Notes under the pieces: model-generated
The model's database searches: none
What the model saw: only the letters and a program-made list of their open reading frames with translations
Told to the model about the DNA's origin: nothing
Shown here: one piece after another, positions 47,475 to 55,256 of the stretch
Layout: each line of letters starts with the position of its first letter
Position numbering within the stretch: the stretch's first letter is position 1
Made by a program: the position numbers and the translations under genes
DNA from: Chloroflexota bacterium
GTDB lineage: Bacteria > Chloroflexota > JAJPGV01
Assembly: GCA_021325635.1 (NCBI GenBank)
Contig: JAJPGV010000018.1
Coordinates: forward strand, 94,412-158,411
Length of the DNA stretch: 64,000 nt
Direction of reading: 5' to 3'

Positions 47475-47547
47475 GTGGTCGCGCATCTGGTCTGTAACAC
47501 CGGAGCTCTCCCGAGCAATGCAGGTTCGATTCCTACCCTCCCCACCA
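47461..47547 (+). tRNA. tRNA-Tyr(GTA), atypical
   Basis: Acceptor GGGGAGG/CCTCCCC-A-CCA, anticodon loop CTGTAAC, long variable arm, GGTTCGATTCC; A at position 8 and weak D arm. Confidence 0.85.
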
Positions 47548-47558
47548 CAGCAGCCCCA

Positions 47559-47570
47559 TGCACTTTCACA
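47559..47570 (+). promoter_or_regulatory. boxA-like antitermination element
   Basis: TGCACTTTCACA versus E. coli rrn boxA TGCTCTTTAACA (10/12). Confidence 0.45.
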
Positions 47571-47593
47571 ATCGAATACTGCTTGTTTGTTCA

Positions 47594-47684
47594 GGGGAGA
47601 TGGTCGAGCGGTCCAAGACGCGGCTCCGGAAATGCCGTGGGTGGGTTCTGTCCCGCCCCGAGGGTTCGAATCCCTCTCTCCCCG
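47594..47684 (+). tRNA. tRNA-Ser(GGA), atypical
   Basis: GGGGAGA/TCTCCCC-G, loop CCGGAAA (C33), U31-U39 mismatch, long variable arm; CCA not fully encoded. Confidence 0.85.
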
Positions 47685-47689
47685 CCTTC

Positions 47690-47777
47690 CGAGAGGTGGC
47701 AGAGTGGCTTATTGCACCGCCTTCGAACAGCGGCAGGGGCGCAGCGCTCCTCATGGGTTCAAATCCCATCCTCTCGG
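47690..47777 (+). tRNA. tRNA-Ser(CGA), atypical
   Basis: CGAGAGG/CCTCTCG-G, loop TTCGAAC, C31-A39 mismatch, long variable arm; no encoded CCA. Confidence 0.85.
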
Positions 47778-47784
47778 CTTGCAT

Positions 47785-47860
47785 GGTCTCGTGGTGTAGT
47801 GGCCAGCACACGACCCTGTCAAGGTCGGGGGGCCGGGTTCGATTCCCGTCGAGACCGCCA
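47785..47860 (+). tRNA. tRNA-Asp(GTC)
   Basis: GGTCTCG/CGAGACC-G-CCA, CGACC-CTGTCAA-GGTCG anticodon arm. Confidence 0.92.
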
Positions 47861-47861
47861 A

Positions 47862-47947
47862 GGAGAGCAACTGGCTGGATGAAGAAGCGCTCCTGAAAAG
47901 CGCCGGGCAGCAATGCCTTCGGGGTTCGAGTCCCCGGCTCTCCGCCA
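47862..47947 (+). tRNA. tRNA-Ser(TGA), atypical
   Basis: GGAGAGC/GCTCTCC-G-CCA, GCGCT-CCTGAAA-AGCGC (C33), variable arm, A8 and poorly paired D arm. Confidence 0.78.
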
Positions 47948-48008
47948 AAGCTGAAAGGCAAGGAAGCGGCAGTCCTTGGCTTTGGGCTAGCGAAAGGCGA
48001 ACCTCTCC

Positions 48009-49079
48009 CTACCCGAGCCCGTTCAAGAAGTCCACCGCCTGTTGCAGGGTGTCGACTTCGACCACGCGCATGTGGCGGGCTTGGGCGGTGGCTTCGGCGT
48101 AGTCGGCTTTGGGGACCAGGAAGTAGTCGGCTCTGTTGTCGGCGGCGATCACCTTGTCGTGCACGCCGCCAACGGGGCCTACGTTGCCTTGCAGGTCGAT
48201 CGTGCCGGTGGCGGCGATCTTGTGGCCATGGGTAAGGTCCGTTGGGCTTAGCGCCTGCATGATCGAGAGCGTCAGCACCAGCCCGGCCGACGGGCCGATG
48301 ATGCCCTTGGAGTCGATGGACACGGCTACCGGGAAGTCGTAGCGGGGCTGGAAGGTGAGGGTGCCGATGCCGAGATAGCCCGTCCGCGGTTGGCCGGGGC
48401 GGGCGCCCAGCGTCACCGTCAACGCGGTCTCGACCTCGCTGTTGTTGGGCTTGAGCCGCAGCTCCAGCTGGTCGCCCGGCTGCATGCCGCCCACCAGGCG
48501 GATGAGCTGCTCGTCGGTTTCCAGGGGCTGCCCCGCGGCCGCCACGATGAGGTCCCCCTTGTGGAGCCCGGCGGCTTCAGCCGGTGTCCCGGGCCGTACG
48601 CCGTCCACCACCACACCCTTGCCGTGCTGTGGCACGTCATAGCCGAGCTGCCGCAGCGCCGCAACCTTGGCCGCCGTCTGGCTGTCGGTCATCATGGCTT
48701 CCTCGATGTGGCGGAAGCTCTCGTAGCTGGTGTTGGGCGGGAGCTGTGTCCGCGCCGGCTCGAGGTGGGCGTTGGGGTAGACGTGGCTCAGCAGCCATTC
48801 GTCGGCATTTGCCGGGGCCGAATAGATCGTCACCAGCAGCAGCTCGCCCGGCTGGCTTTTCGGCGCCGAGCCTGGCACCGACACCATCTGGCTGGTGCTC
48901 AGCGCCTGGCCTGGCAGGACCAGGAAATAGCCGGTGTTGACGAACCAGCCGATGAGTGCCGCCAGCGCGACGGCGGCGCCCGGCACCAGCACCCAGGGGG
49001 AGGCGCCCGCCAGCCATGATTGGCCGTGCGTGCGCTCGCCGGCGCGGTGGCGAGCCTGAGGCCAGTTCATCCGATCCAT
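48009..49079 (-). CDS. PDZ + Lon C-terminal (S16) protease, YlbL-like
   Basis: MTDSQTAAKVAALRQLGY, PDZ, GPSAGL, IAATGTI, GPVGGVHDK. Confidence 0.92.
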   Translation of the reverse strand: MDRMNWPQARHRAGERTHGQSWLAGASPWVLVPGAAVALAALIGWFVNTGYFLVLPGQALSTSQMVSVPGSAPKSQPGELLLVTIYSAPANADEWLLSHVYPNAHLEPARTQLPPNTSYESFRHIEEAMMTDSQTAAKVAALRQLGYDVPQHGKGVVVDGVRPGTPAEAAGLHKGDLIVAAAGQPLETDEQLIRLVGGMQPGDQLELRLKPNNSEVETALTVTLGARPGQPRTGYLGIGTLTFQPRYDFPVAVSIDSKGIIGPSAGLVLTLSIMQALSPTDLTHGHKIAATGTIDLQGNVGPVGGVHDKVIAADNRADYFLVPKADYAEATAQARHMRVVEVDTLQQAVDFLNGLG

Positions 49080-49140
49080 CCTACGGCCCGGGAAGCTGCC
49101 CGTATGCGCCGCGGGGTCAGATCGGTCCTGTGGGGGGCGC

Positions 49141-49785
49141 TCAGGCAGTGGCGTCTTCAGGTGGCGCGCCCAGCTGTTCGCGCAGGAGGTCGAGCGCTCG
49201 GTCCAGCCGCGTCTGGTTGGCCGGCGCGTTGAGCCAGCGGCTCGCGCCTGACGGATGCGGCAGCGGCAGCACCTGGCGGCCGTCGCGCGCGAACACCTCT
49301 CCCACCACGGCATCGAGCGAACGGCCCGGCAGGTACAGCTCGATGGCCAGGCGTCCCACGAGCACGATCAGCCCGGGCTCGATGGTCTCGAGCTGGCGCT
49401 CCAGCCAGGGGCGGCACAGCCGGATCTCAGCGGGCGACGGCGGCCGGTCTCCTCCGCCCGTCAGCGCCTTTCCCGGGAAGCACTTGGTTACCGAAGTGAT
49501 GTAGACGTGGCGGCGGAAGGCTGCTTCGTGCCAACCAATCCGCTCGAACCAGCGGAACAGCGCGCATCCGGCGCGACCGGCGAAGGGCGCTCCGGCAGCC
49601 TGCTCCACCTGTCCCGGCGCCTGGCCGATGAGCATCGCTCGGCCCGCCGCGCTCCGCAGCTTCGACGGTGAATAGGCCAGCGACACCACCGGCTGCGCGG
49701 TTTCGATGCAGCCGGCCTGCTGGCAGGCCCGGCAGGCGAGGATGTCGCGGTGGAGCGCCGCCAGCTTCTCGGCCCGTTGGCTCAC
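49141..49785 (-). CDS. Uracil-DNA glycosylase superfamily protein
   Basis: CRAC, IGQAPG, PFAGRAG, TKCFPG, LPLPHPSGAS. Confidence 0.9.
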   Translation of the reverse strand: MSQRAEKLAALHRDILACRACQQAGCIETAQPVVSLAYSPSKLRSAAGRAMLIGQAPGQVEQAAGAPFAGRAGCALFRWFERIGWHEAAFRRHVYITSVTKCFPGKALTGGGDRPPSPAEIRLCRPWLERQLETIEPGLIVLVGRLAIELYLPGRSLDAVVGEVFARDGRQVLPLPHPSGASRWLNAPANQTRLDRALDLLREQLGAPPEDATA

Positions 49786-49795
49786 AGCGGCTGCG

Positions 49796-50752
49796 CTAGG
49801 ACGGCACGACCCGCGCGCCGTCGAAATCGATGCGCGCTTCGATGCTGCGCCCGGGCAAGCCAAGCGATTCGGCGGCGCTGGCCATGGCCGCGGCTACCGG
49901 CTCGGGCCTCTCGCAGAAGGCGAGGACGGTCGAGCCGGCGCCACTCAAGGCGGCCCCGGCGGCCCCGCCGTGCAGGGCGGCTTCGATTAACCGCGGCAGG
50001 GCAGGGAAGATGGCGCCGCGGTAGGGCTGGTGCAGCCGATCCTCCATGGCCCAGCGGAGCGCGGCCAGGTCTCCCGCCGCGAGGGCGGCAATCAGCAGCG
50101 CGGCGCGCCCGGTGTTGAACACCGCGTCGGCCCGCGATACGCGTTCGGGAAGCACCCGCCGCGCCTCGGCGGTCGACATAACAAAGTCAGGCACGAACAG
50201 GACGATGCGCGGTGGATGCTTGATCTCAGCCGGCAGCGTGAGGGCCCGTCCGTCGACCAGCGACGACACCTGCAGACCGCCGAAGAGAGCTGGGGCCAGG
50301 TTGTCGGGATGTCCCTCCAGGCCGATGCCCAGGTTGAGCAGGGCATGGCGGTCGAGCGGATCACCGGCCAGGGCGTTGGCCAGCACCAGCCCGGCGGCGA
50401 TGGCGGCGGCGCTGCTGCCGAGCCCGCGGGACAGCGGGATGCCGCTGTCGATACTCAAATGCAGGCCGGGAACCGAGGCGTGAACGGCTTCGAACACCAG
50501 ACGCATGGCGCGATACACCAGGTTTTCGGCATTCAGCGCAATTTCAGCTCGCTGGGCATCGGGCACCTCGATCGCGAGCTTGCCGCCGGTGACCTGGCAC
50601 TCGACCCGCAGATAGAGGTCCAGGGCGAGACCGAGGCAATCGAATCCCGGCCCGAGGTTGGCTGAGCTGCCCGGGACGCGGGCCGTGGCTTTGTGCAGAG
50701 GCGGCACGACGCTCGGCAGTATAGCCTCAGGGTGGGGCATGGCGTAGTTCAT
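49796..50752 (-). CDS. thrB: Homoserine kinase
   Basis: VPGSSANLGPGFDCLGLAL, PLSRGLGSSAAA, EGHPDN, DRLHQPYR, LSGAGS; start uncertain. Confidence 0.95.
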   Translation of the reverse strand: MNYAMPHPEAILPSVVPPLHKATARVPGSSANLGPGFDCLGLALDLYLRVECQVTGGKLAIEVPDAQRAEIALNAENLVYRAMRLVFEAVHASVPGLHLSIDSGIPLSRGLGSSAAAIAAGLVLANALAGDPLDRHALLNLGIGLEGHPDNLAPALFGGLQVSSLVDGRALTLPAEIKHPPRIVLFVPDFVMSTAEARRVLPERVSRADAVFNTGRAALLIAALAAGDLAALRWAMEDRLHQPYRGAIFPALPRLIEAALHGGAAGAALSGAGSTVLAFCERPEPVAAAMASAAESLGLPGRSIEARIDFDGARVVPS

Positions 50753-50813
50753 GCTTCATTCACATGGAGAACCTGAAAGGCGTGGCCGGCTGTATGATGG
50801 TTAGCAGGCGAGA

Positions 50814-53309
50814 ATGAGGGCCGTTGTCATGGCCGGGGGCGAGGGTTCTCGCCTGCGGCCCCTTACTATCGGACGTCCCAAGCCGATGGTGCCCATCGTT
50901 GGCAAGCCGGTGATGGAGCACATCATCGAGCTGTTGCGGACCCATGGGTTTCGTGACATCGTGGCCACGCTGCAATACCTGCCCGGACTCATCCAGGACT
51001 ACTTCGGCGACGGCAGCGGCCTTGGTGTGAACATCGACTACGCGGTGGAAGATCGGCCGCTCGGCCCCGCCGGCAGCGTGAAGAACGCCAGCGCGTACCT
51101 GGACGGTACCTTCCTGGTGATCAGCGGCGATGCCGTGACCGATTTCGACTTGACCAAGGTGATCGAATTCCACAGGCGCAAGCGGGCCATCGCCACGTTG
51201 GTGCTGTACCGCGTTCCCAACCCGCTCGAGTACGGCGTGATCATCACCGACAACTCCGGGCGAATCCAGCAGTTCCTGGAGAAGCCCAGCTGGGGCGAGG
51301 TCTTCAGCGACACGGTCAATACCGGGATTTACGTGCTCGATCGGTCGGTCATGGACCTGGTGCCGGAAAATGAGAGCTTCGATTTCAGCCAAGACCTGTT
51401 CCCGATCCTGCTCGAGCGCGACGAGCCGATGTACGGCTATATCGCGCCGGGCTACTGGTGCGACGTGGGCAGCCTCAGCGAGTACATGCGCGCGGTTTCC
51501 GACATCCTCACCGGGGGCACGCAGATCGCGATGTCCGGCGAGGAGGTGCTGCCGGGGCTGTGGGTCGAGCAGGGCGCAAACTTCTCGCGCGAGGCCGAGA
51601 TCGTGGGCCCGGTGTACCTCGGACAGGATGCTCGCGTTCGGGCAGGGGCGCGCCTGGTCGGCCCGGCCGCCGTAGGCGCCTACTCGATCGTCGACAGCGG
51701 CGCGTCGGTGGAGCGCTCCATCATCTGGAGCAACTCGTACATCGGCGAGCGGGCGCAGCTCAGCGGCGCGATCGTCGGCAATCGCTGCAACCTGCGCAGC
51801 CGGTCGGTGGTGCTCCAGGGAGGGGTGATCGGGGACAACACGGTCATCGGCGAAGGCGCGATCGTGCAGAGCGACGTGCGGGTGTGGCCGAACAAGGAGC
51901 TGGAGACCGGCGCCAGCCTGAACGAGAGCCTGATATGGGGCGGCCGGGCGCATCGATCGCTGTTCGGCGCCTACGGCATCGCCGGCCTGGTGAACGTGGA
52001 CATCACGCCGGAGTTCGCCGCTCGCATCGGGGCGGCCTACGGTGCCGTGCTGCCCAAGGGCGCCATGGTGACCATCAATCGCGACCCGCATCGCAGCCCG
52101 CGCATGATCAAGCGGGCCATGATCGCCGGCCTGCCGTCGGCTGGGGCCAACGTGACCGACATTCAGACGGTGCCCATTCCGGTGGCCCGCTACAGCACCC
52201 GCCATACCAGCGCCGCCGGTGGCATCCACGTGCGCATCTCCCCCTACGACGACCGCCTGATCGAGATCAAGTTCTTCGATGCCCAGGGTATGGACCTGGA
52301 TAAGGCCGCCGAACGCAAGATCGAGAACACCTTCTTCCGCGAGGACTTCCGGCGGGTCTACCTCGACGACATCGGTTCGATCGTGGTCGACGATCAGGCG
52401 GACCGCGCCTACAGCACGGCCTTCATCAAAGCGCTCGACCTGGAGGCGATCCGCTCGGCGGATTTCAAGGTGGTCATCGACTATGCCCACGGCAGCTCCG
52501 CGCTCGTTTTCCCGCGTATCCTGAACCAGCTCGGCTGCGAAGTGGTGGCCATCAACTCCAGCGTCGACGAGCTGCGGATGTTCCGCACCGCGGAGCAGTT
52601 CGATCAGGAGATGCAGCAGCTGGGTGCAATCACCAGCGCGCTCAGCTACGACTTCGGGGTGCGCATCGACCTTGGCGGCGAGAAGATCTTCCTCGTCGAC
52701 AACAGGGGCCGGCTGCTCGATCGGATGACGGCCTTCGCCGCCCTGGCGTCGCTGTATCTGCGCCAGCATCCGGGCCAGTCCCTGGTGGCGCCGGTGTCGG
52801 TGCCACTGGCATTCGAGCGGCTGGCCGGCGAAGCCGGCAGCAAGGTGCTGTACGCTCGATCGGCCGCCCATTCGCTGATGGCCACGGCCAGCCGGAAAGG
52901 CGTGGGCCTGGCCGGTGATGGTGACGGCGGCTTCGTCATCCCGTCCTTCCTGCCGGCCTTCGACGCCATGATGGCTATCGCCAAGCTCATCGAGCTGCTG
53001 GCCCAAGCCGGTGTGACCCTGTCCGAAGTGGTAGACGGCCTGCCGTCGTACTATCTCAGCTCGGCAGACGTGAGCTGCCCCTGGGAGTACAAGGGGAAGG
53101 TGATGCGCATGCTGAGCGAGCAATACCGCGGCGCCGGGGGTAACGGACAGGTGGATGGGATCAAGATCGGCTTGGACGGCGGCTGGGTCCTGATCCTGCC
53201 GGACGCCGACCGGCCGATGTTCCACATCACGGCCGAAGCGCCGGACAATGAGGGTGCCAGGAAGCTGGTAGCGGAGTACGGGGATCTCGTACAGAGCCTG
53301 GCTCGTTGA
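50814..53309 (+). CDS. Bifunctional mannose-1-phosphate guanylyltransferase / phosphomannomutase-like protein
   Basis: [20 protein letters not shown], hexapeptide repeats, C-terminal phosphohexomutase fold. Confidence 0.92.
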   Translation: MRAVVMAGGEGSRLRPLTIGRPKPMVPIVGKPVMEHIIELLRTHGFRDIVATLQYLPGLIQDYFGDGSGLGVNIDYAVEDRPLGPAGSVKNASAYLDGTFLVISGDAVTDFDLTKVIEFHRRKRAIATLVLYRVPNPLEYGVIITDNSGRIQQFLEKPSWGEVFSDTVNTGIYVLDRSVMDLVPENESFDFSQDLFPILLERDEPMYGYIAPGYWCDVGSLSEYMRAVSDILTGGTQIAMSGEEVLPGLWVEQGANFSREAEIVGPVYLGQDARVRAGARLVGPAAVGAYSIVDSGASVERSIIWSNSYIGERAQLSGAIVGNRCNLRSRSVVLQGGVIGDNTVIGEGAIVQSDVRVWPNKELETGASLNESLIWGGRAHRSLFGAYGIAGLVNVDITPEFAARIGAAYGAVLPKGAMVTINRDPHRSPRMIKRAMIAGLPSAGANVTDIQTVPIPVARYSTRHTSAAGGIHVRISPYDDRLIEIKFFDAQGMDLDKAAERKIENTFFREDFRRVYLDDIGSIVVDDQADRAYSTAFIKALDLEAIRSADFKVVIDYAHGSSALVFPRILNQLGCEVVAINSSVDELRMFRTAEQFDQEMQQLGAITSALSYDFGVRIDLGGEKIFLVDNRGRLLDRMTAFAALASLYLRQHPGQSLVAPVSVPLAFERLAGEAGSKVLYARSAAHSLMATASRKGVGLAGDGDGGFVIPSFLPAFDAMMAIAKLIELLAQAGVTLSEVVDGLPSYYLSSADVSCPWEYKGKVMRMLSEQYRGAGGNGQVDGIKIGLDGGWVLILPDADRPMFHITAEAPDNEGARKLVAEYGDLVQSLAR

Positions 53310-53341
53310 GCGCTGCGGCTCCGGCCTCCATCACGGCCTAG

Positions 53342-53460
53342 GAGTGCAGCCGGAAAGCCCGTTGCGGCCCACTGACCACCCCAATCGGCCTCGCCCTAGC
53401 CGGGCGAACTGCCCCGCCGGGCCGCTCCGGGCGAGCGCAGGCCGCTTTCCGGCTGCACTC
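53342..53460. mobile_element. MITE-like element (119 bp) flanked by CTAG
   Basis: CCTAGGAGTGCAGCCGGAAAGC (53337-53358) and its exact reverse complement (53444-53465); non-coding core. Confidence 0.65.
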
Positions 53461-53486
53461 CTAGGACAGGCACAACAGCGGCCGTC

Positions 53487-54338
53487 ATGAAAATTGCCCT
53501 GGCGCAGATTGCGCCGAAGCTCGGAGATCTGCCCAGCAACCTGGCGCTGCACCTGGAATGGATCCGGCAGGCCAAGCAGTCGGGCTGTGACCTCGTGGTC
53601 TTCCCGGAGCTGTCCTTGACTGGCTATTTCCTCGAGGAGCTGGCCTACCACGTGTGCCTGCGGCTGGATTCCCCCGAGCTCGGCCAGCTGTGCGAGGCTG
53701 CCCGCGGGACGTCGGCGGTGGTCAGCTTCGTGGAGGAGACGAGCGACTTCCACTACTTCATCTCGGCGGCCTTCATCGAGGACGGGGCCATAAAGCACGT
53801 CCATCGCAAGGTCTACCTGCCGACGTACGGCATGTTCACCGACCAGCGCTACTTCGCCGAGGGAGACCGTATCAGGGCGTTCGACGCCGGCTTTGGACGT
53901 GTGGGCCTGCTCATTTGCGAGGATTTCTGGCACAACTCGGCGGTCAGCATCCTGGCGGCCGACGGGGCGAATTACCTGATCAACGTCAGCAGCAGTCCCG
54001 GGCGTGGGGTGGTGACCGGCGGCCGAACGCTTGGCAGCTCCGACGCGGTCGAGATGCTGAACCGCATGTACGCCCAGTTCTTCACCAGCTTCGTCTTCTT
54101 CTGCAACCGTGTCGGCTACGAAGATGGCATCAACTTCTGGGGGGGCTCGGAGGTCATTGGGCCGGATGGTGAGTGCCTGGCCAAGGCGCCCTACTTCGAC
54201 GAACAGCTGCTGTGCGTCGAGATCGATCCCTCAGCCCTGCGCCGCGTGCGTATCAATCTTCCGTTGCTGCGCGACGAGAAGCTGGAGCTGACGCTGCGTG
54301 AGTACCAGCGCATCCTGGAGCAGCGTTTTGGCCGCTAA
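53487..54338 (+). CDS. Carbon-nitrogen hydrolase (nitrilase fold), likely glutaminase subunit for NadE
   Basis: [30 protein letters not shown] (E-K-C triad). Confidence 0.9.
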   Translation: MKIALAQIAPKLGDLPSNLALHLEWIRQAKQSGCDLVVFPELSLTGYFLEELAYHVCLRLDSPELGQLCEAARGTSAVVSFVEETSDFHYFISAAFIEDGAIKHVHRKVYLPTYGMFTDQRYFAEGDRIRAFDAGFGRVGLLICEDFWHNSAVSILAADGANYLINVSSSPGRGVVTGGRTLGSSDAVEMLNRMYAQFFTSFVFFCNRVGYEDGINFWGGSEVIGPDGECLAKAPYFDEQLLCVEIDPSALRRVRINLPLLRDEKLELTLREYQRILEQRFGR

Positions 54339-55221
54339 GGCGGGGCCGCCATCCAGCAAGGACGGGGCTGGGCGGCCCGCGGACAGCGCTTCGCGCCTGC
54401 CCGATCGCCTGGCCATCAACACGGCTACGACTGAGCGGCTGCTCACGGGTTTCATCGCCAATGAGGTGCGTAAGGTGGGCTTTCAACGGGTGGTGGTTGG
54501 CCTGTCCGGCGGGATCGATTCCGCGCTGTCGGCCTTCCTGGCGGCCAGGGCACTGGGCCCCGAGAACGTCACCGCCATCATGATGCCCTACAGGACCAGC
54601 AGTCCCGAGAGCCTGGCGGACGCCCAGTCGGTGGTCGATCATCTGGCTGTCGGCAGCAAGCTCATCGAGATTACGCCGATGGCCGACGCATTCATCGCCC
54701 AGAGCAACGCGGATACCAACAAGCGCAAAGGCAACGTGATGGCCCGCACCCGAATGGTCGTGCTGTACGACCAGTCGGAGGCGTTGAACGCCCTGGTGCT
54801 TGGCACCAGTAACAAGACCGAGCTGCTGCTGGGCTACGGCACGCTCCATGGGGACATGGCCTCGGCCATCAACCCACTGGGGGATCTCTACAAGACCCAG
54901 GTTTGGGCATTGAGCGAAGCGCTGGGTGTGCCCGACAGCATCGTGAACAAGCCGCCAACGGCCGACCTATGGGTTGGCCAGACCGACGAGGGCGAGCTTG
55001 GCTTCAGCTACCGGGCGGTGGATGAGGTCCTGTTTCAGCTGGTGGACGAGCGCTACTCAGAGGACGAGCTCGTCGAGCGCGGTTACGATGCGACCTTCGT
55101 GCGCAAGGTAGCGCGGCTGATCATGATCTCCCAGTTCAAACGAGCGCTGCCGGTTATCGCCAAGATCTCGGCGCGAACGATTACCCGCGAGTTCCGCTAT
55201 CCGCGGGATTGGGGTCGCTGA
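54328..55221 (+). CDS. nadE: NAD+ synthetase
   Basis: [50 protein letters not shown]; start uncertain. Confidence 0.95.
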   Translation: MAAKAGPPSSKDGAGRPADSASRLPDRLAINTATTERLLTGFIANEVRKVGFQRVVVGLSGGIDSALSAFLAARALGPENVTAIMMPYRTSSPESLADAQSVVDHLAVGSKLIEITPMADAFIAQSNADTNKRKGNVMARTRMVVLYDQSEALNALVLGTSNKTELLLGYGTLHGDMASAINPLGDLYKTQVWALSEALGVPDSIVNKPPTADLWVGQTDEGELGFSYRAVDEVLFQLVDERYSEDELVERGYDATFVRKVARLIMISQFKRALPVIAKISARTITREFRYPRDWGR

Positions 55222-55256
55222 GCGGCGATACGCCGCTCAGCGACCCCAATCCCGCG
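55202..55256. terminator. Perfect 26-bp hairpin between convergent genes
   Basis: CGCGGGATTGGGGTCGCTGAGCGGCG-ata-CGCCGCTCAGCGACCCCAATCCCGCG; no U-tract. Confidence 0.7.

Noticed and set aside
47862..47947. Selenocysteine or stop-suppressor tRNA
   Set aside because: Anticodon is TGA (reads UCA, Ser), not TCA; 7-bp acceptor stem; no sel genes nearby.
47461..48009. Prophage/ICE attachment site at the tRNA cluster
   Set aside because: No integrase and no duplicated tRNA 3' end noticed in the window; flanks are ordinary chromosomal genes.
50760..53225. 821-aa minus-strand ORF (similarly 59428-61776, 6774-8147, 2230-3390)
   Set aside because: Antisense shadows of well-supported genes.
53487..55221. 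Split glutaminase + NadE as a novelty
   Set aside because: Two-subunit glutamine-dependent NAD synthetase arrangements are already known.
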